Notes under the pieces: generated by a model | What the model was told of the DNA's origin: nothing | Databases searched by the model: none | The model's input: only the letters and a program-made list of their open reading frames with translations | Position numbers and translations under genes: made by a program | Shown: piece by piece, positions 1 through 8,844 of the stretch | How positions within the stretch are numbered: position 1 is the first letter of the stretch | How the letters are laid out: every line of letters starts with the position of its first letter | Assembly (NCBI GenBank): GCA_029775855.1 | Contig: JARVJZ010000001.1 | Location: 192,001-256,000, forward strand | Reading direction: 5' to 3' | From: Nitrososphaeria archaeon | Lineage (GTDB): Archaea; Thermoproteota; Nitrososphaeria; Nitrososphaerales; JAAOZN01 | Length of the DNA stretch: 64,000 nucleotides

Positions 1-1
1 A

Positions 2-190
2 GCTGCGGTGCAGAAGGGGCTTGAGGAAGCAGATAAAATAGACCACATTTACGGCGTGTTTATCGTAAAAGGTAGATATGTTGGCAGAAAGGGCAGGCTT
101 CCAAAAATAGTCAAGATACGAAACCTAGATATAAATAGACAAATACACCTTCAGTTCCATACTGCAGTCTCGCTCGAAAGATATTTTTAG
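2..190 (+). CDS. C-terminal fragment of UPF0280/ApbE-like protein (5' truncated by window)
   Basis: Frame is open from the window edge; AVQKGLE..IYGVFIVKG...GRLPKIV resembles the UPF0280 C-terminus. Confidence 0.5.
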   Translation, partial: AAVQKGLEEADKIDHIYGVFIVKGRYVGRKGRLPKIVKIRNLDINRQIHLQFHTAVSLERYF

Positions 191-216
191 CGGCTAAATC
201 AATTAAAAGAGGTAAA

Positions 217-834
217 ATGGAGAACTTGATAGATGCAGACACCTTAAGTAGAATAGAATCTAGGCTTAAAGAGATAGAGGAGCGACGGGAAAAGATCTTG
301 AGAGATATGCGCTCAATAACACTTAACGCATCTAAAGCCATCATAAATGTGCACGCTGGAAGGAAGAAGGATGCTGAACAACTACTAAAAGAATCAAAAA
401 AAGTTCTACTCAAAACCTCTAAGATTGCTGGTAATGATCTCCAAAAATACTTAACCCAACCAGCAGCAGAATATGTCGAAGCATCGATAACCGTAGCAGT
501 ATCAAAGAAGAAGCAGGCGCCAACACAAGAAGAGCTGGGCGTAGAAGATATCCCCTATCTACTGGGCATCTTAGATGCGGTTGGAGAAATCAAAAGAATG
601 GTCTATGACCGCTTAAGGGAGGGTAAGGTAAAAGAAGCCATAAGGCTCTTCAGAGCGATGGAGAACGTCTACGCTTCACTAACACCCTTCGCGGCATACG
701 ACCACATCGTCCAAGGAATCAGAAGAAAGATAGACATCGCCAGAGTGCTTATCGAAGACACAAGAGCCATTGTGACAGAGGAATTAAGACGCAGTGCGCT
801 CATAAAAGACTTGCAGAAAACACTTCGAGTGTGA
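217..834 (+). CDS. Translin/Trax family RNA-binding protein
   Basis: All-helical; ERREK, EYVEA and YLLGILDAVGEIKR motifs typical of archaeal translin. Confidence 0.88.
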   Translation: MENLIDADTLSRIESRLKEIEERREKILRDMRSITLNASKAIINVHAGRKKDAEQLLKESKKVLLKTSKIAGNDLQKYLTQPAAEYVEASITVAVSKKKQAPTQEELGVEDIPYLLGILDAVGEIKRMVYDRLREGKVKEAIRLFRAMENVYASLTPFAAYDHIVQGIRRKIDIARVLIEDTRAIVTEELRRSALIKDLQKTLRV

Positions 835-1463
835 GGATGATCTTAGAACCTACACCAGATCAAATAATCTTCTACCAGATAATACAAACCGCTCTCGCGA
901 AGCTTTATAGAGCGGGTAAAGAACCAAACATAAAAAAGGTCTGTGGACTCGACGTAGCATACCGAAACGAAACAGCAACGGCAGCAGCAGTCATCTTACA
1001 AATTGGCAAAGGGGTAGTTGAAAAAAGCATAGTCAAAGGTCGTTCTCAATTTCCATACATACCTACACTACTTTACGCTAGAGAAGCCCCCCTCTTACTA
1101 GCTGCATACAAAAATCTAAAAACAACACCCGACCTAATTGTCGTGGACGGCCACGGTATAGCGCATCCACGAAAAGCGGGTTTAGCAACGATAATAGGGA
1201 TCTTACTAGATAAGCCAACAATAGGTGTAGCCAAAAGGCTGTTGGTTGGTGAAGTTAAAGAGAGTAATAAAGTATTAGCAAGAATATTTTACAAGAGTAG
1301 ATGTGTAGGCTATCGCGTCAAACCAGAAGGAAGTAAAGCCTTCTATATTAGCCCAGGGTATAAAATAGGATTAAATGGTGTAAAAAGAATAATTCAACTA
1401 CTAGGCTTACGATACCCTGTTGTGTTGAAAGAGGCGGATAGGATTGCACGGTGCTGGAGTTAA
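831..1463 (+). CDS. nfi: Endonuclease V
   Basis: GLDVAY, FPYIPTLLYARE, VDGHGIAHPRKAGLA, PTIGVAK, YISPG motifs. Confidence 0.95.
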   Translation: MRMILEPTPDQIIFYQIIQTALAKLYRAGKEPNIKKVCGLDVAYRNETATAAAVILQIGKGVVEKSIVKGRSQFPYIPTLLYAREAPLLLAAYKNLKTTPDLIVVDGHGIAHPRKAGLATIIGILLDKPTIGVAKRLLVGEVKESNKVLARIFYKSRCVGYRVKPEGSKAFYISPGYKIGLNGVKRIIQLLGLRYPVVLKEADRIARCWS

Positions 1464-2163
1464 ACAGTCAAAGATTAAACCAGCCCTCATACCAGCGCTA
1501 ATAGAGCTACTCATGCTGGGCGCAAAGGATGAACCTGTCAAAATCTCAACGACCGAAATAGCCAAGAGAATAGGGCGTTCACAGCAGTCGGCATCAAATC
1601 ATCTGCTTGAATTAGAAAGAGAAGGATATGTGGAGCGAATAAGGGTTAAAGGAGGCTACGGAATACGGTTAAGCGAAAAAGGTGTTCAAGCCCTAGCCGA
1701 AATCTACCATAAGTTGAAGCAAGCATTAGAAACGCTACCAGAATCAATAACCTTGAAAGGTAGAGTCTTTACAGGAATCGGAGAGGGAGCCTACTATGTC
1801 TCATTAAAAGGCTATCGAAAACAGTTCCTAGCAAAACTAGGCTTCGACCCCTACCCAGGCACACTAAACATCAGGCTTTCAACCACTTTGGATAGGCGTT
1901 TAAGAAGGGAGTTAGAGCATTACCGAGGTATACGAATTCACGAATTTGAAGATGGGCAAAGGACGTTTGGAGGCGCTAGATGTTTTCGTGCTGTGCTAAA
2001 CGATGTGGTAGAAGGAGCGGTGTTAGCTATAGACCGCACACATTACGATGATACTGTAGTTGAGTTTATAGCGCCTGTGAATGTGAGAGAGAGGCTTGGG
2101 TTAAAGGACGGTGCTGAAGTAAGTCTTAACATCCGTTTGACTGAAGATGATTCAAACCACTAG
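1444..2163 (+). CDS. ribK: CTP-dependent riboflavin kinase with N-terminal wHTH (RbkR type)
   Basis: N-terminal HTH (SQQSASNHLLELE); GIGEGAYYV, LGFDPYPGTLN, RTHY motifs (DUF120). Confidence 0.93.
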   Translation: MHGAGVKQSKIKPALIPALIELLMLGAKDEPVKISTTEIAKRIGRSQQSASNHLLELEREGYVERIRVKGGYGIRLSEKGVQALAEIYHKLKQALETLPESITLKGRVFTGIGEGAYYVSLKGYRKQFLAKLGFDPYPGTLNIRLSTTLDRRLRRELEHYRGIRIHEFEDGQRTFGGARCFRAVLNDVVEGAVLAIDRTHYDDTVVEFIAPVNVRERLGLKDGAEVSLNIRLTEDDSNH

Positions 2164-2786
2164 AAGTCCTCTAACACATCTCTACTCCTTAGTATTGTAG
2201 ATGTCTTTATAGTGGGTTTGGGTGAATCTAGTCTAACTACCTCTAATTTTATACCACGCTTCACACTTTCACGCAGCAAATCCTCTTCTTTATGCTTCTG
2301 ATCATAACCTATAGCTATAACATCTGGTCGTATAGACTCAACGACCTCAAAGATATTTGACTCACTGCCAAGAAGCGCTAGGTCAACATACCTAATCGAC
2401 GAAACGAGTTCCAGTCTTTCAGATTCACTATTTAGAGGCATATGCCCTTTATTCGCTAAAACCGTCTTATCTCTTGCCACAGAAACTATGAGCACATCCC
2501 CCAAGGCCTTAGATGACTTAAGTGTATAGATATGTCCAGGGTGTATAACATCGAATACACCGCCGGCTAAGATAACCTTCAGCCTACCTCTACCTCTTTC
2601 GGTCAAAGAATATGTGTCGCCGCCTTTCTTAACCAATCCACGTTTAACAGCTTCTTTAAGCACGCTCCTTAATGTAGCCGTGTTAAATGGTAGTGTAGAT
2701 AGCAGATCTTCAAATCTAACCATCCCATGCTTCACTTGCAGTATGAAGGTCTTCGCTAAAACCTCCTTCATCTGCCTACTTACCAA
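2160..2786 (-). CDS. ribL: FAD synthase (cytidylyltransferase family) with N-terminal wHTH-like extension
   Basis: GGVFDVIHPGH (HxGH), VSVARD, RPDVIAIGYDQ; convergent with ribK. Confidence 0.85.
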   Translation of the reverse strand: MVSRQMKEVLAKTFILQVKHGMVRFEDLLSTLPFNTATLRSVLKEAVKRGLVKKGGDTYSLTERGRGRLKVILAGGVFDVIHPGHIYTLKSSKALGDVLIVSVARDKTVLANKGHMPLNSESERLELVSSIRYVDLALLGSESNIFEVVESIRPDVIAIGYDQKHKEEDLLRESVKRGIKLEVVRLDSPKPTIKTSTILRSRDVLEDF

Positions 2787-3853
2787 GGCACATCCACCAA
2801 ACCTAGGAAGCGAAGTGAATCTAGAAGCCCCTCTGCGTACCCTATGCTCAATATGGCAAGCTCAGACTTCCCCTCATTTAAAAACCTCAGTGCATCGCTA
2901 CTGTAGCAGTCAACATTCTCCAGCAGATCAAGCATATTAATCTGCCCTCTTCTCTCATCCAACATTCTCCTAACCTTAGCTAACGTCGCACGAGTCTTCT
3001 CTACATACTTAGGTACTAAAAGGTTAGCCTTGCTCTTTACATATAGCGTGTTATTAACCTTACTGCACTCACTACACTTAAATAGCGTCTCCAAGGCTTC
3101 AACTTCAGTAAAATGTAGATCAGCGGGGATAACTATGCTAAACGGCGGTTCACCATAATCCTCATCAAGCACCTCTCTAAGCAGAGCCAATTTTACAAGT
3201 TGATTTCTTTGGCTAAGCCTCGCAACCACGATGACAAAAAGGTTTTCGTTAAACACACCTAACCTCAAATCTTCATCCGCCTCCTTTAACATCTTTAAAG
3301 CGCTGTTTGGTGTTAAGGCATGCTTTGGCGTCCACTCCAGGAGCAGAAGGGTATGCAGCCCTCTAAGTAGGTTCCAGTAGACCGTGTCGAGCACCGTGTT
3401 GAGAGCCGGCTTAGAAGTGGTTACCGTTACCATCTTTCCAAATTTGTATTGATGAAGACCGAGCTCTCCAGATATACAGCCTACTATAGATACCCCGTGG
3501 ATTATGCGGGTCTCTAAACCCTCTTTTACAGCTCTTACACGAAGCTCTTGATGTGTAGTAGCAACCATAGGATCTCCGGAGCATGTTAATGCAACATCCC
3601 CATCTCTAGCTTCACTAAGAATCCTCCTACCATCCTCCACAACCTCCCTTGACACCTCGACAACATCCCGACCGAGAAAATCGCCTAACTCCTTAGAGGA
3701 CGGTGCAGATGGGTTTGTGTAGCGCTCAAGATACACAACCCTACAACTCTTAAGAACCCTATAACCCTCTAGCGAAAGCCCGTCAACCCCGCTTAAACCC
3801 AAGCCAACAAAGTAAAGCGTCAAAACACTCTCTCCAACACGAATATCATACAA
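2780..3853 (-). CDS. dph5: Diphthine synthase fused to C-terminal DUF357
   Basis: FVGLGL, GDPMVATTH, GLHQYKFG, GLHTLLLL, LHFTE; C-terminal YSSDALRF..G..ELAILSIGYAEGLLD (DUF357). Confidence 0.93.
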   Translation of the reverse strand: MYDIRVGESVLTLYFVGLGLSGVDGLSLEGYRVLKSCRVVYLERYTNPSAPSSKELGDFLGRDVVEVSREVVEDGRRILSEARDGDVALTCSGDPMVATTHQELRVRAVKEGLETRIIHGVSIVGCISGELGLHQYKFGKMVTVTTSKPALNTVLDTVYWNLLRGLHTLLLLEWTPKHALTPNSALKMLKEADEDLRLGVFNENLFVIVVARLSQRNQLVKLALLREVLDEDYGEPPFSIVIPADLHFTEVEALETLFKCSECSKVNNTLYVKSKANLLVPKYVEKTRATLAKVRRMLDERRGQINMLDLLENVDCYSSDALRFLNEGKSELAILSIGYAEGLLDSLRFLGLVDVPW

Positions 3854-3940
3854 CCATATAATAACATTAAGAGCGATAGGATGAGTATAAACGAAAACAA
3901 ATCAATTTAAATAGGAAACCTAAAGCACCAGATGATAGAA

Positions 3941-4047
3941 GGGCCTGTGGCTCAGCCAGGTAGAGCGGCTGGCTCTTACGGACGACGTATCCTGCCTTGA
4001 ACGGGGAAACCAGTAGGTCGTGGGTTCAAATCCCACCAGGCCCGCCA
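3941..4047 (+). tRNA. tRNA-Lys(CTT) with 30-nt intron at 37/38 (3979-4008), CCA encoded
   Basis: Acceptor GGGCCTG/CAGGCCC, D stem GCTC/GAGC, anticodon stem GCTGG/CCAGT, loop CT-CTT-A[intron]A, T arm GTGGG-TTCAAAT-CCCAC. Confidence 0.93.
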
Positions 4048-4088
4048 AATAGTGTCTTAACAAGGGTGAATGTTAAAACTTCAGCTCC

Positions 4089-4106
4089 TATGTTAGTTCT
4101 AACATA
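4089..4106. repeat. Inverted repeat TATGTTAG-TT-CTAACATA between convergent tRNA-Lys and AbrB-like gene (terminator or protein-binding site)
   Basis: Perfect 8-bp arms read directly; function not determined. Confidence 0.4.
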
Positions 4107-4109
4107 AGG

Positions 4110-4694
4110 CTATATAACCCACTTGTAAGATATTTTGGTAGGGCTGTGCTTTTGGGCTTGTGCTACTATCGAAGGGTCTACTCCTTCTAGGTTTACAGTT
4201 TCTTCCACAATCTCTAAATTGTTTACAGTGTAGCCTTTGGCTTCTGCTAGCCTTTTAAGCTCATCCATAACCATTCGCAGCTCTCTTCCGCTTCTCGGTC
4301 TAAAGCCGTTTTTTAATATTGACCCTAGGTAAATCTTAACTTCAATACCCTCTTTAACCTTCTTAATTTCATGGTCTGTTGCTGCATATCTATGAATTAA
4401 CTCCTCTATAAACGGTAGCTTTTCATCTTTGGCTGAAGGGTGTGTGAATACGCACTTTATGGCTGTGACCCTTTCGGAGCAGCTGAAGAAACCTAAATGT
4501 ATGAGTAGGGCTCCTTCTAGCATCATGCCGATTTTAACCGCACCAACAATCCTTACAGGTTGATCTTCTGAAATGAGCATTCTTCGCGTTAACTCTGGAG
4601 GCACCGTTATCACTAAGCTGTTACCGCTTCTCCTCACTGTAGCGTCAAAGTAAATTGGATCATATACCCAGCTCGTCTGCTCTGCCATGCGCAT
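4110..4694 (-). CDS. AbrB/MazE/SpoVT-type DNA-binding domain protein with uncharacterised C-terminal domain
   Basis: VRRSGNSLVITVPPELTRRMLISEDQPV matches the AbrB swapped-hairpin motif. Confidence 0.75.
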   Translation of the reverse strand: MRMAEQTSWVYDPIYFDATVRRSGNSLVITVPPELTRRMLISEDQPVRIVGAVKIGMMLEGALLIHLGFFSCSERVTAIKCVFTHPSAKDEKLPFIEELIHRYAATDHEIKKVKEGIEVKIYLGSILKNGFRPRSGRELRMVMDELKRLAEAKGYTVNNLEIVEETVNLEGVDPSIVAQAQKHSPTKISYKWVI

Positions 4695-5184
4695 TTAAGG
4701 TATCATTAGAAGACATAAATAATTTTGCTGTATTACATACCTTAAGATAGTCTTCTTCGCCTATCTTCACTATGCCGCCTTGAAGGTACACAAATGGCTT
4801 CTGACTATTTTTGATGAAGGTTAAGTTGCCGTGTATACTCTTAAAAGGTAAAGGTTTAGGCCAAACTTCAATATCCGCTAGGTCAACTATGTAGCTATAT
4901 TTATCTAACAATGCCAGACACAATCTCCTCTCAACATCAGACACAAGGTAGGGGTTTGAATCTATAACACCACATCCAGTAAATAATGCTGGTCGATTCT
5001 TCTTTTTACTGCTTACGTAGAAGATGACCTTATCCCCTTTACTCAACTTTCTTTTATGCGCTACATATCTAGTCAGCCCCCAAAGCCTCTTCTTCACCCT
5101 ATCTTCAAATATAGTAAAGGCGTCGATAACAGCCCCACCACAAATATGATCCTTCGCAACAAAGATGTAGTGGTTTACCATCAA
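4660..5184 (-). CDS. EVE (PUA-like) domain protein
   Basis: LWGL...KLSKGDKVIFYVS...FTGCGVI...LTFIKN...YLQGGIVKIGEEDY matches the EVE pattern. Confidence 0.8.
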   Translation of the reverse strand: MMVNHYIFVAKDHICGGAVIDAFTIFEDRVKKRLWGLTRYVAHKRKLSKGDKVIFYVSSKKKNRPALFTGCGVIDSNPYLVSDVERRLCLALLDKYSYIVDLADIEVWPKPLPFKSIHGNLTFIKNSQKPFVYLQGGIVKIGEEDYLKVCNTAKLFMSSNDTLNAHGRADELGI

Positions 5185-5528
5185 CTCTTAACAGAATCTT
5201 CTTCTAAATTAAGTTGACGGATAATACTCTTATCTAAAGCTAATTTTGCTAAACGCTCAAGAGGATTCTTAATCCACAAAAGCCCCGCCACAAAGACCCC
5301 GCTCGTAAAGAAATCCAACCAACCATAAATCCAAGTCAAATCAAAGATGTAAAGTATTATTAATATGCTTGGTCTGAGGGTTAGTAATAGGGAACCTACT
5401 AGAAAAAGGTTCAAGCCACGACTCAGAGCAGAGCCTCTAAAAAGTCTGTTAAAGAAAAAAAATGAGGTAAGGAGGAGTAGAGCGAGTACACCTGAAGCCG
5501 CTTGCACCAATATATCACTCAACTGCAA
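5181..5528 (-). CDS. Small 3-TM membrane protein, unknown function
   Basis: Three hydrophobic segments; abuts arlB and overlaps the EVE gene start. Confidence 0.65.
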   Translation of the reverse strand: MQLSDILVQAASGVLALLLLTSFFFFNRLFRGSALSRGLNLFLVGSLLLTLRPSILIILYIFDLTWIYGWLDFFTSGVFVAGLLWIKNPLERLAKLALDKSIIRQLNLEEDSVKS

Positions 5529-5552
5529 CTCTACATCCTCCTTTCTAAGTCT

Positions 5553-6140
5553 TCACCCGAGGAACATGACAGGCTCCAGAGCAGGCGGAAGTCGTCTAGA
5601 TAATGTAAGCACCGCACCTTTAGGAGGCTTAAGTTCTATCTTAAACTCAGCATTCGCTCGAAGTTCGTCGTCAACTCCATCATTCTTTAAATTAATGAAG
5701 ACCCTATACTTGTCTCCATATTTAAGGTACATGTCGGTATCAGATGTAAAGACCGGTGTTACAGTAGCTTTAGTTCCATCATAGATGTTGTCTTCATGCT
5801 TGTTTGCGCTTGTCCACGTTATTGCGAGCTTACCTTGAGTTAGATCTACTGGGGACTTGCCTGCTGAAAGTTTTATGATGAAGCTAACGTTATGTAGATA
5901 GGTGGTGTTGCTTTTAGCTATTACAGCTCCATCTATCTCCATAACTGATGATGCTTCTTCTATGCCTGCCGCTATGACTTCTTGGCTCTTTTGTGTTGAT
6001 TGAAATCCTATGTTCAGCACCGTAAAGGCAAATGCTGAGGCGACGATAACGAAGGCGATGAGGATTATTGCTGTCTCTAGACCAGTTAGCCCCTTACGTC
6101 TATGGTTGCATCCCTCTTTTTTAGAGCTTGCTCGCATCAT
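5553..6140 (-). CDS. arlB: Archaellin
   Basis: Class III signal peptide RRKG/LTGLETAIILIAFVIVASAFAF; C-terminal IELKPPKGAVLTLSRRLP. Confidence 0.96.
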   Translation of the reverse strand: MMRASSKKEGCNHRRKGLTGLETAIILIAFVIVASAFAFTVLNIGFQSTQKSQEVIAAGIEEASSVMEIDGAVIAKSNTTYLHNVSFIIKLSAGKSPVDLTQGKLAITWTSANKHEDNIYDGTKATVTPVFTSDTDMYLKYGDKYRVFINLKNDGVDDELRANAEFKIELKPPKGAVLTLSRRLPPALEPVMFLG

Positions 6141-6166
6141 ATCGGTCGGTTGTAGTATAGATATAC

Positions 6167-6207
6167 CATATAAATAAGTTTTATGTCGTATTTAAAACTT
6201 ATATATG
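6167..6207. promoter_or_regulatory. Divergent promoter region with perfect 10-bp inverted repeat ATAAGTTTTA-N9-TAAAACTTAT
   Basis: Arms at 6174-6183 and 6193-6202, extended by CATAT/ATATG; lies between divergent arlB and the V4R-arl operon. Confidence 0.55.
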
Positions 6208-6717
6208 TGTGATATAGATAATGATGATGGGGTAGAAATGCTTGGGCAAATAGCTATGTTAGTAGATAAAGAAAGTTTTATGCAGCGGTCTATACAAGAA
6301 GTTGATTCAAACTATTCAAACAGTAAATTTATTGACACACTACAGACAGTAATACCAAATCTATTAGGACCTATTGGTGCTGCAGTACTTTTTTATCATA
6401 TAGGTGCAAAGTTGGTTGACAACATGTTTGAAGAATGTGCCGGAGACCTACATGAGCTAAAACGCTCAATAATTGTTCTCTTCGCTAAAAATAGTTTCGG
6501 TGTAATAGAGATAGAAGATAACAAATGCCTGAGTCGACTTAACATTTGCACCAAGCCTCTACCATTGGCTGGAAGTAGTTCAATAGGTTGCTACTTTGTT
6601 AGGGGTATCTTCCAAAGGTATCTAAAGCTTGTTAAAGGATTTGATGTAGAAGTTGAGGAAAGTCGTTGCGTATCTAAAGGTAGCCGCTTCTGTGAATTTA
6701 GGGTAAAAGAGGTTTGA
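6205..6717 (+). CDS. V4R domain protein (true start possibly 6238 or later)
   Basis: AAVLFYHIG, FGVIEI, GCYFVRGIF, VEESRCVSKGSRFCEF (Zn ligands C/E/C/C). Confidence 0.85.
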   Translation: MCDIDNDDGVEMLGQIAMLVDKESFMQRSIQEVDSNYSNSKFIDTLQTVIPNLLGPIGAAVLFYHIGAKLVDNMFEECAGDLHELKRSIIVLFAKNSFGVIEIEDNKCLSRLNICTKPLPLAGSSSIGCYFVRGIFQRYLKLVKGFDVEVEESRCVSKGSRFCEFRVKEV

Positions 6718-6723
6718 ACAACT

Positions 6724-7134
6724 TTGAAACAACAAGCTTTAGTTGATGAGATAAAAAGCATTTTAGCTAATCTCAAGGCTGAAGTTGGTGCTGAAATATG
6801 TGCATTATATGACAAGAAAGGACTACTCTTTGGAATCGGCTACCGGGCTGAGGCTGCAATTTTATCAAAAGTCACACAGATAGTCATATCAGCAAATAAT
6901 ATTTTTGAAAGTAGCAGAGTAGGTTGCTTAGAGTCCGCACTTGTTGCAACAGAGCAAGCAGGTATAATTATTAGTAGGGTATTTAATTCACCAACTACAT
7001 ATCTATGCCTAATTCTTCCAAGCAGTGATGTTCTTGGTCTTGCATCACTTGGGGTAAATGCTGCCAGAGTAGAAATTACTTCGTTGTTAAGTAGACTTCT
7101 AGATAAAAAGAGTGAGGGTGAGCATTTACTATGA
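6724..7134 (+). CDS. Roadblock/LC7 (MglB-like) domain protein
   Basis: ILANLKAEVGAEICALYDKKGLL...VGCLESALVATEQAGIII...VLGLASL; size and pattern of a Roadblock fold. Confidence 0.7.
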   Translation: MKQQALVDEIKSILANLKAEVGAEICALYDKKGLLFGIGYRAEAAILSKVTQIVISANNIFESSRVGCLESALVATEQAGIIISRVFNSPTTYLCLILPSSDVLGLASLGVNAARVEITSLLSRLLDKKSEGEHLL

Positions 7135-7769
7135 GCAGCGAAGTTTCCGAGCTAGAGAGGCGAATAAAATCTATTGAAAAAGAGATACAAGAGATCAGAG
7201 AGCCTCTCTATACAACACTCACCGATTTACGCAGCACAATCGCCGAGCTCGAAAACCCATTTAACTATATATCCAAAATGATCGATAGTATCGATCTTAA
7301 AGAGAAAAAAAAGGAAGGCAAAGAAGCTATAGGCAGTATTAAGGTAGGTGAAGCTAAAGACAATAATAAAGATGGTGGTTTAGATGTATCTGCGAAAGAA
7401 TCGTCCTCATCCACCAATTTACACACAGGATTTAAGATGGATTCTGAGCAATGGTATTACCAGTTCAACGTACTTGTTGTCTCAAACCTACTTCTTGAAA
7501 TCTTCGAAAAGGATGAACTTAAGAAGGTTCTTGCAGAGTATGTCAAAGACGGTTGGGTAAGTAGAGAGCTAGCAAAAACTATTGAAGAAGCTGTCGATAA
7601 ACTAACGGTTAATAGAAAAGTCTCACAAATAGACAACGAAGTGTTAGAGTCGCATCTTTTTGCACTATATATCCTCTATAAGCTCTCCAATCAACCTAAT
7701 GATCCAGTTTTGCCTTTTCTACTAATCTTGTTGAATCGCCTAAGACGCGCTAATAATGCTATTAAATAA
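7131..7769 (+). CDS. ArlC/D/E (FlaD/E)-like archaellum accessory protein
   Basis: N-terminal coiled coil ending ELENPF; C-terminal YVKDGWVS and ESHLFALYIL resemble FlaD/E; directly upstream of arlG. Confidence 0.6.
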   Translation: MSSEVSELERRIKSIEKEIQEIREPLYTTLTDLRSTIAELENPFNYISKMIDSIDLKEKKKEGKEAIGSIKVGEAKDNNKDGGLDVSAKESSSSTNLHTGFKMDSEQWYYQFNVLVVSNLLLEIFEKDELKKVLAEYVKDGWVSRELAKTIEEAVDKLTVNRKVSQIDNEVLESHLFALYILYKLSNQPNDPVLPFLLILLNRLRRANNAIK

Positions 7770-7775
7770 GGAGGT

Positions 7776-8279
7776 TTGCTAGAGAAGTTGGCTACAAGCA
7801 GCGTAATTTCCGAAGTTTACATAACATTAGCTGTAGTTATTGCGATTTCCATCTTCTCAGCTACAATCTTTGGGAGCCTACAGAGGGTGGCAGATGCGGA
7901 GAGGGAGAAAACAGTAGATTTGAAGAGAAAGCTGGGTACAAACGTGGAAGTGGTTTTTGCAGCGCAATATAATGCCACTGCAGTTAAAGTGTGGATTAAG
8001 AATACTGGTGTTGAATCAATAAGACCTTCACTTATCAGTTCTAACTCTGATCTCTTCTTCGGTCCACAAGGCTTGTTTACAAGGATAAGTTATAACTCAA
8101 CGTCTCCACCAACTTGGCTCTACATATTAGTAAATGATATGGACAACGACTCGGTATGGGACAGCTCTGAAACCATTGAAATAACTTTGAATAACGGTTC
8201 AATACTGCAGCATGGTGACTACTACATACGATACGTGACATACAATGGTGTTTACAGCGAATATACCTTTACCATCTAA
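7776..8279 (+). CDS. arlG: Archaellum stator protein ArlG
   Basis: ATSSVISEVYITLAVV N-terminus, VWIKNTG, DLFFGP, WDSSETIEI. Confidence 0.85.
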   Translation: MLEKLATSSVISEVYITLAVVIAISIFSATIFGSLQRVADAEREKTVDLKRKLGTNVEVVFAAQYNATAVKVWIKNTGVESIRPSLISSNSDLFFGPQGLFTRISYNSTSPPTWLYILVNDMDNDSVWDSSETIEITLNNGSILQHGDYYIRYVTYNGVYSEYTFTI

Positions 8280-8292
8280 GGAAGGTGGTAAA

Positions 8293-8844
8293 GTGGCTGG
8301 CTTTGCTGGTTTAGCAGCGTTCGTCTTGGCGTCTTTTATTCTCCTATGGGTAAATCTCATAACATTAGAGGAAAGTTATGCGAACTATTCAATAGAAATG
8401 GAAAGTATTTTGAAGAGGATAAAGCTTGAAGCACAAACTGCAAAGGAAGCATATGCTCTCTCTGCAATCAACAAAAGTTTGTCAACAATCTCAGTTAATG
8501 TAACAAATGTTGGTGCAAAGTCGCTGCCAGTTAAGAGCTTCACTTACTGCGATGTTGTGGTCGCCTTCTTTGATCTTAATATAGGTAGCTATTCTTCATA
8601 CTGGCTACCATATGGTAAGCCATCTGATCGCGGATACTGGTATGTTGCAGCAATTTATACTGGCGCGGTTCTAGGAGAGAGCATCAATCCATTTAATTTA
8701 ACGAAATTAACTGGGCATCTTGATCCCGGTGAGACGATGCTTATTATCGCTGTGGTGCCACAAGGTAGTTTAGTTGATGTTGATAGTGCGGTATCTGTGC
8801 TCTTTGTATCGTCTTCTGGTGTTGAGGTGTTGGAGGTTGGGTAG
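8293..8844 (+). CDS. arlF: Archaellum stator protein ArlF (GTG start at 8293 after SD-like GGAAGGTGG; ORF track start 8245)
   Basis: MAGF + TM helix, VNVTNVGAKSL, DVVV, INP....LDPGET. Confidence 0.75.
   Translation: MAGFAGLAAFVLASFILLWVNLITLEESYANYSIEMESILKRIKLEAQTAKEAYALSAINKSLSTISVNVTNVGAKSLPVKSFTYCDVVVAFFDLNIGSYSSYWLPYGKPSDRGYWYVAAIYTGAVLGESINPFNLTKLTGHLDPGETMLIIAVVPQGSLVDVDSAVSVLFVSSSGVEVLEVG

Noticed and set aside
3979-4008. Nested second intron within the tRNA-Lys intron
   Set aside because: No internal 4-bp helix with two 3-nt bulges could be built.
4089-4106. Possible Xer dif site
   Set aside because: 8-bp arms with a 2-bp spacer do not fit the 11-6-11 dif geometry.
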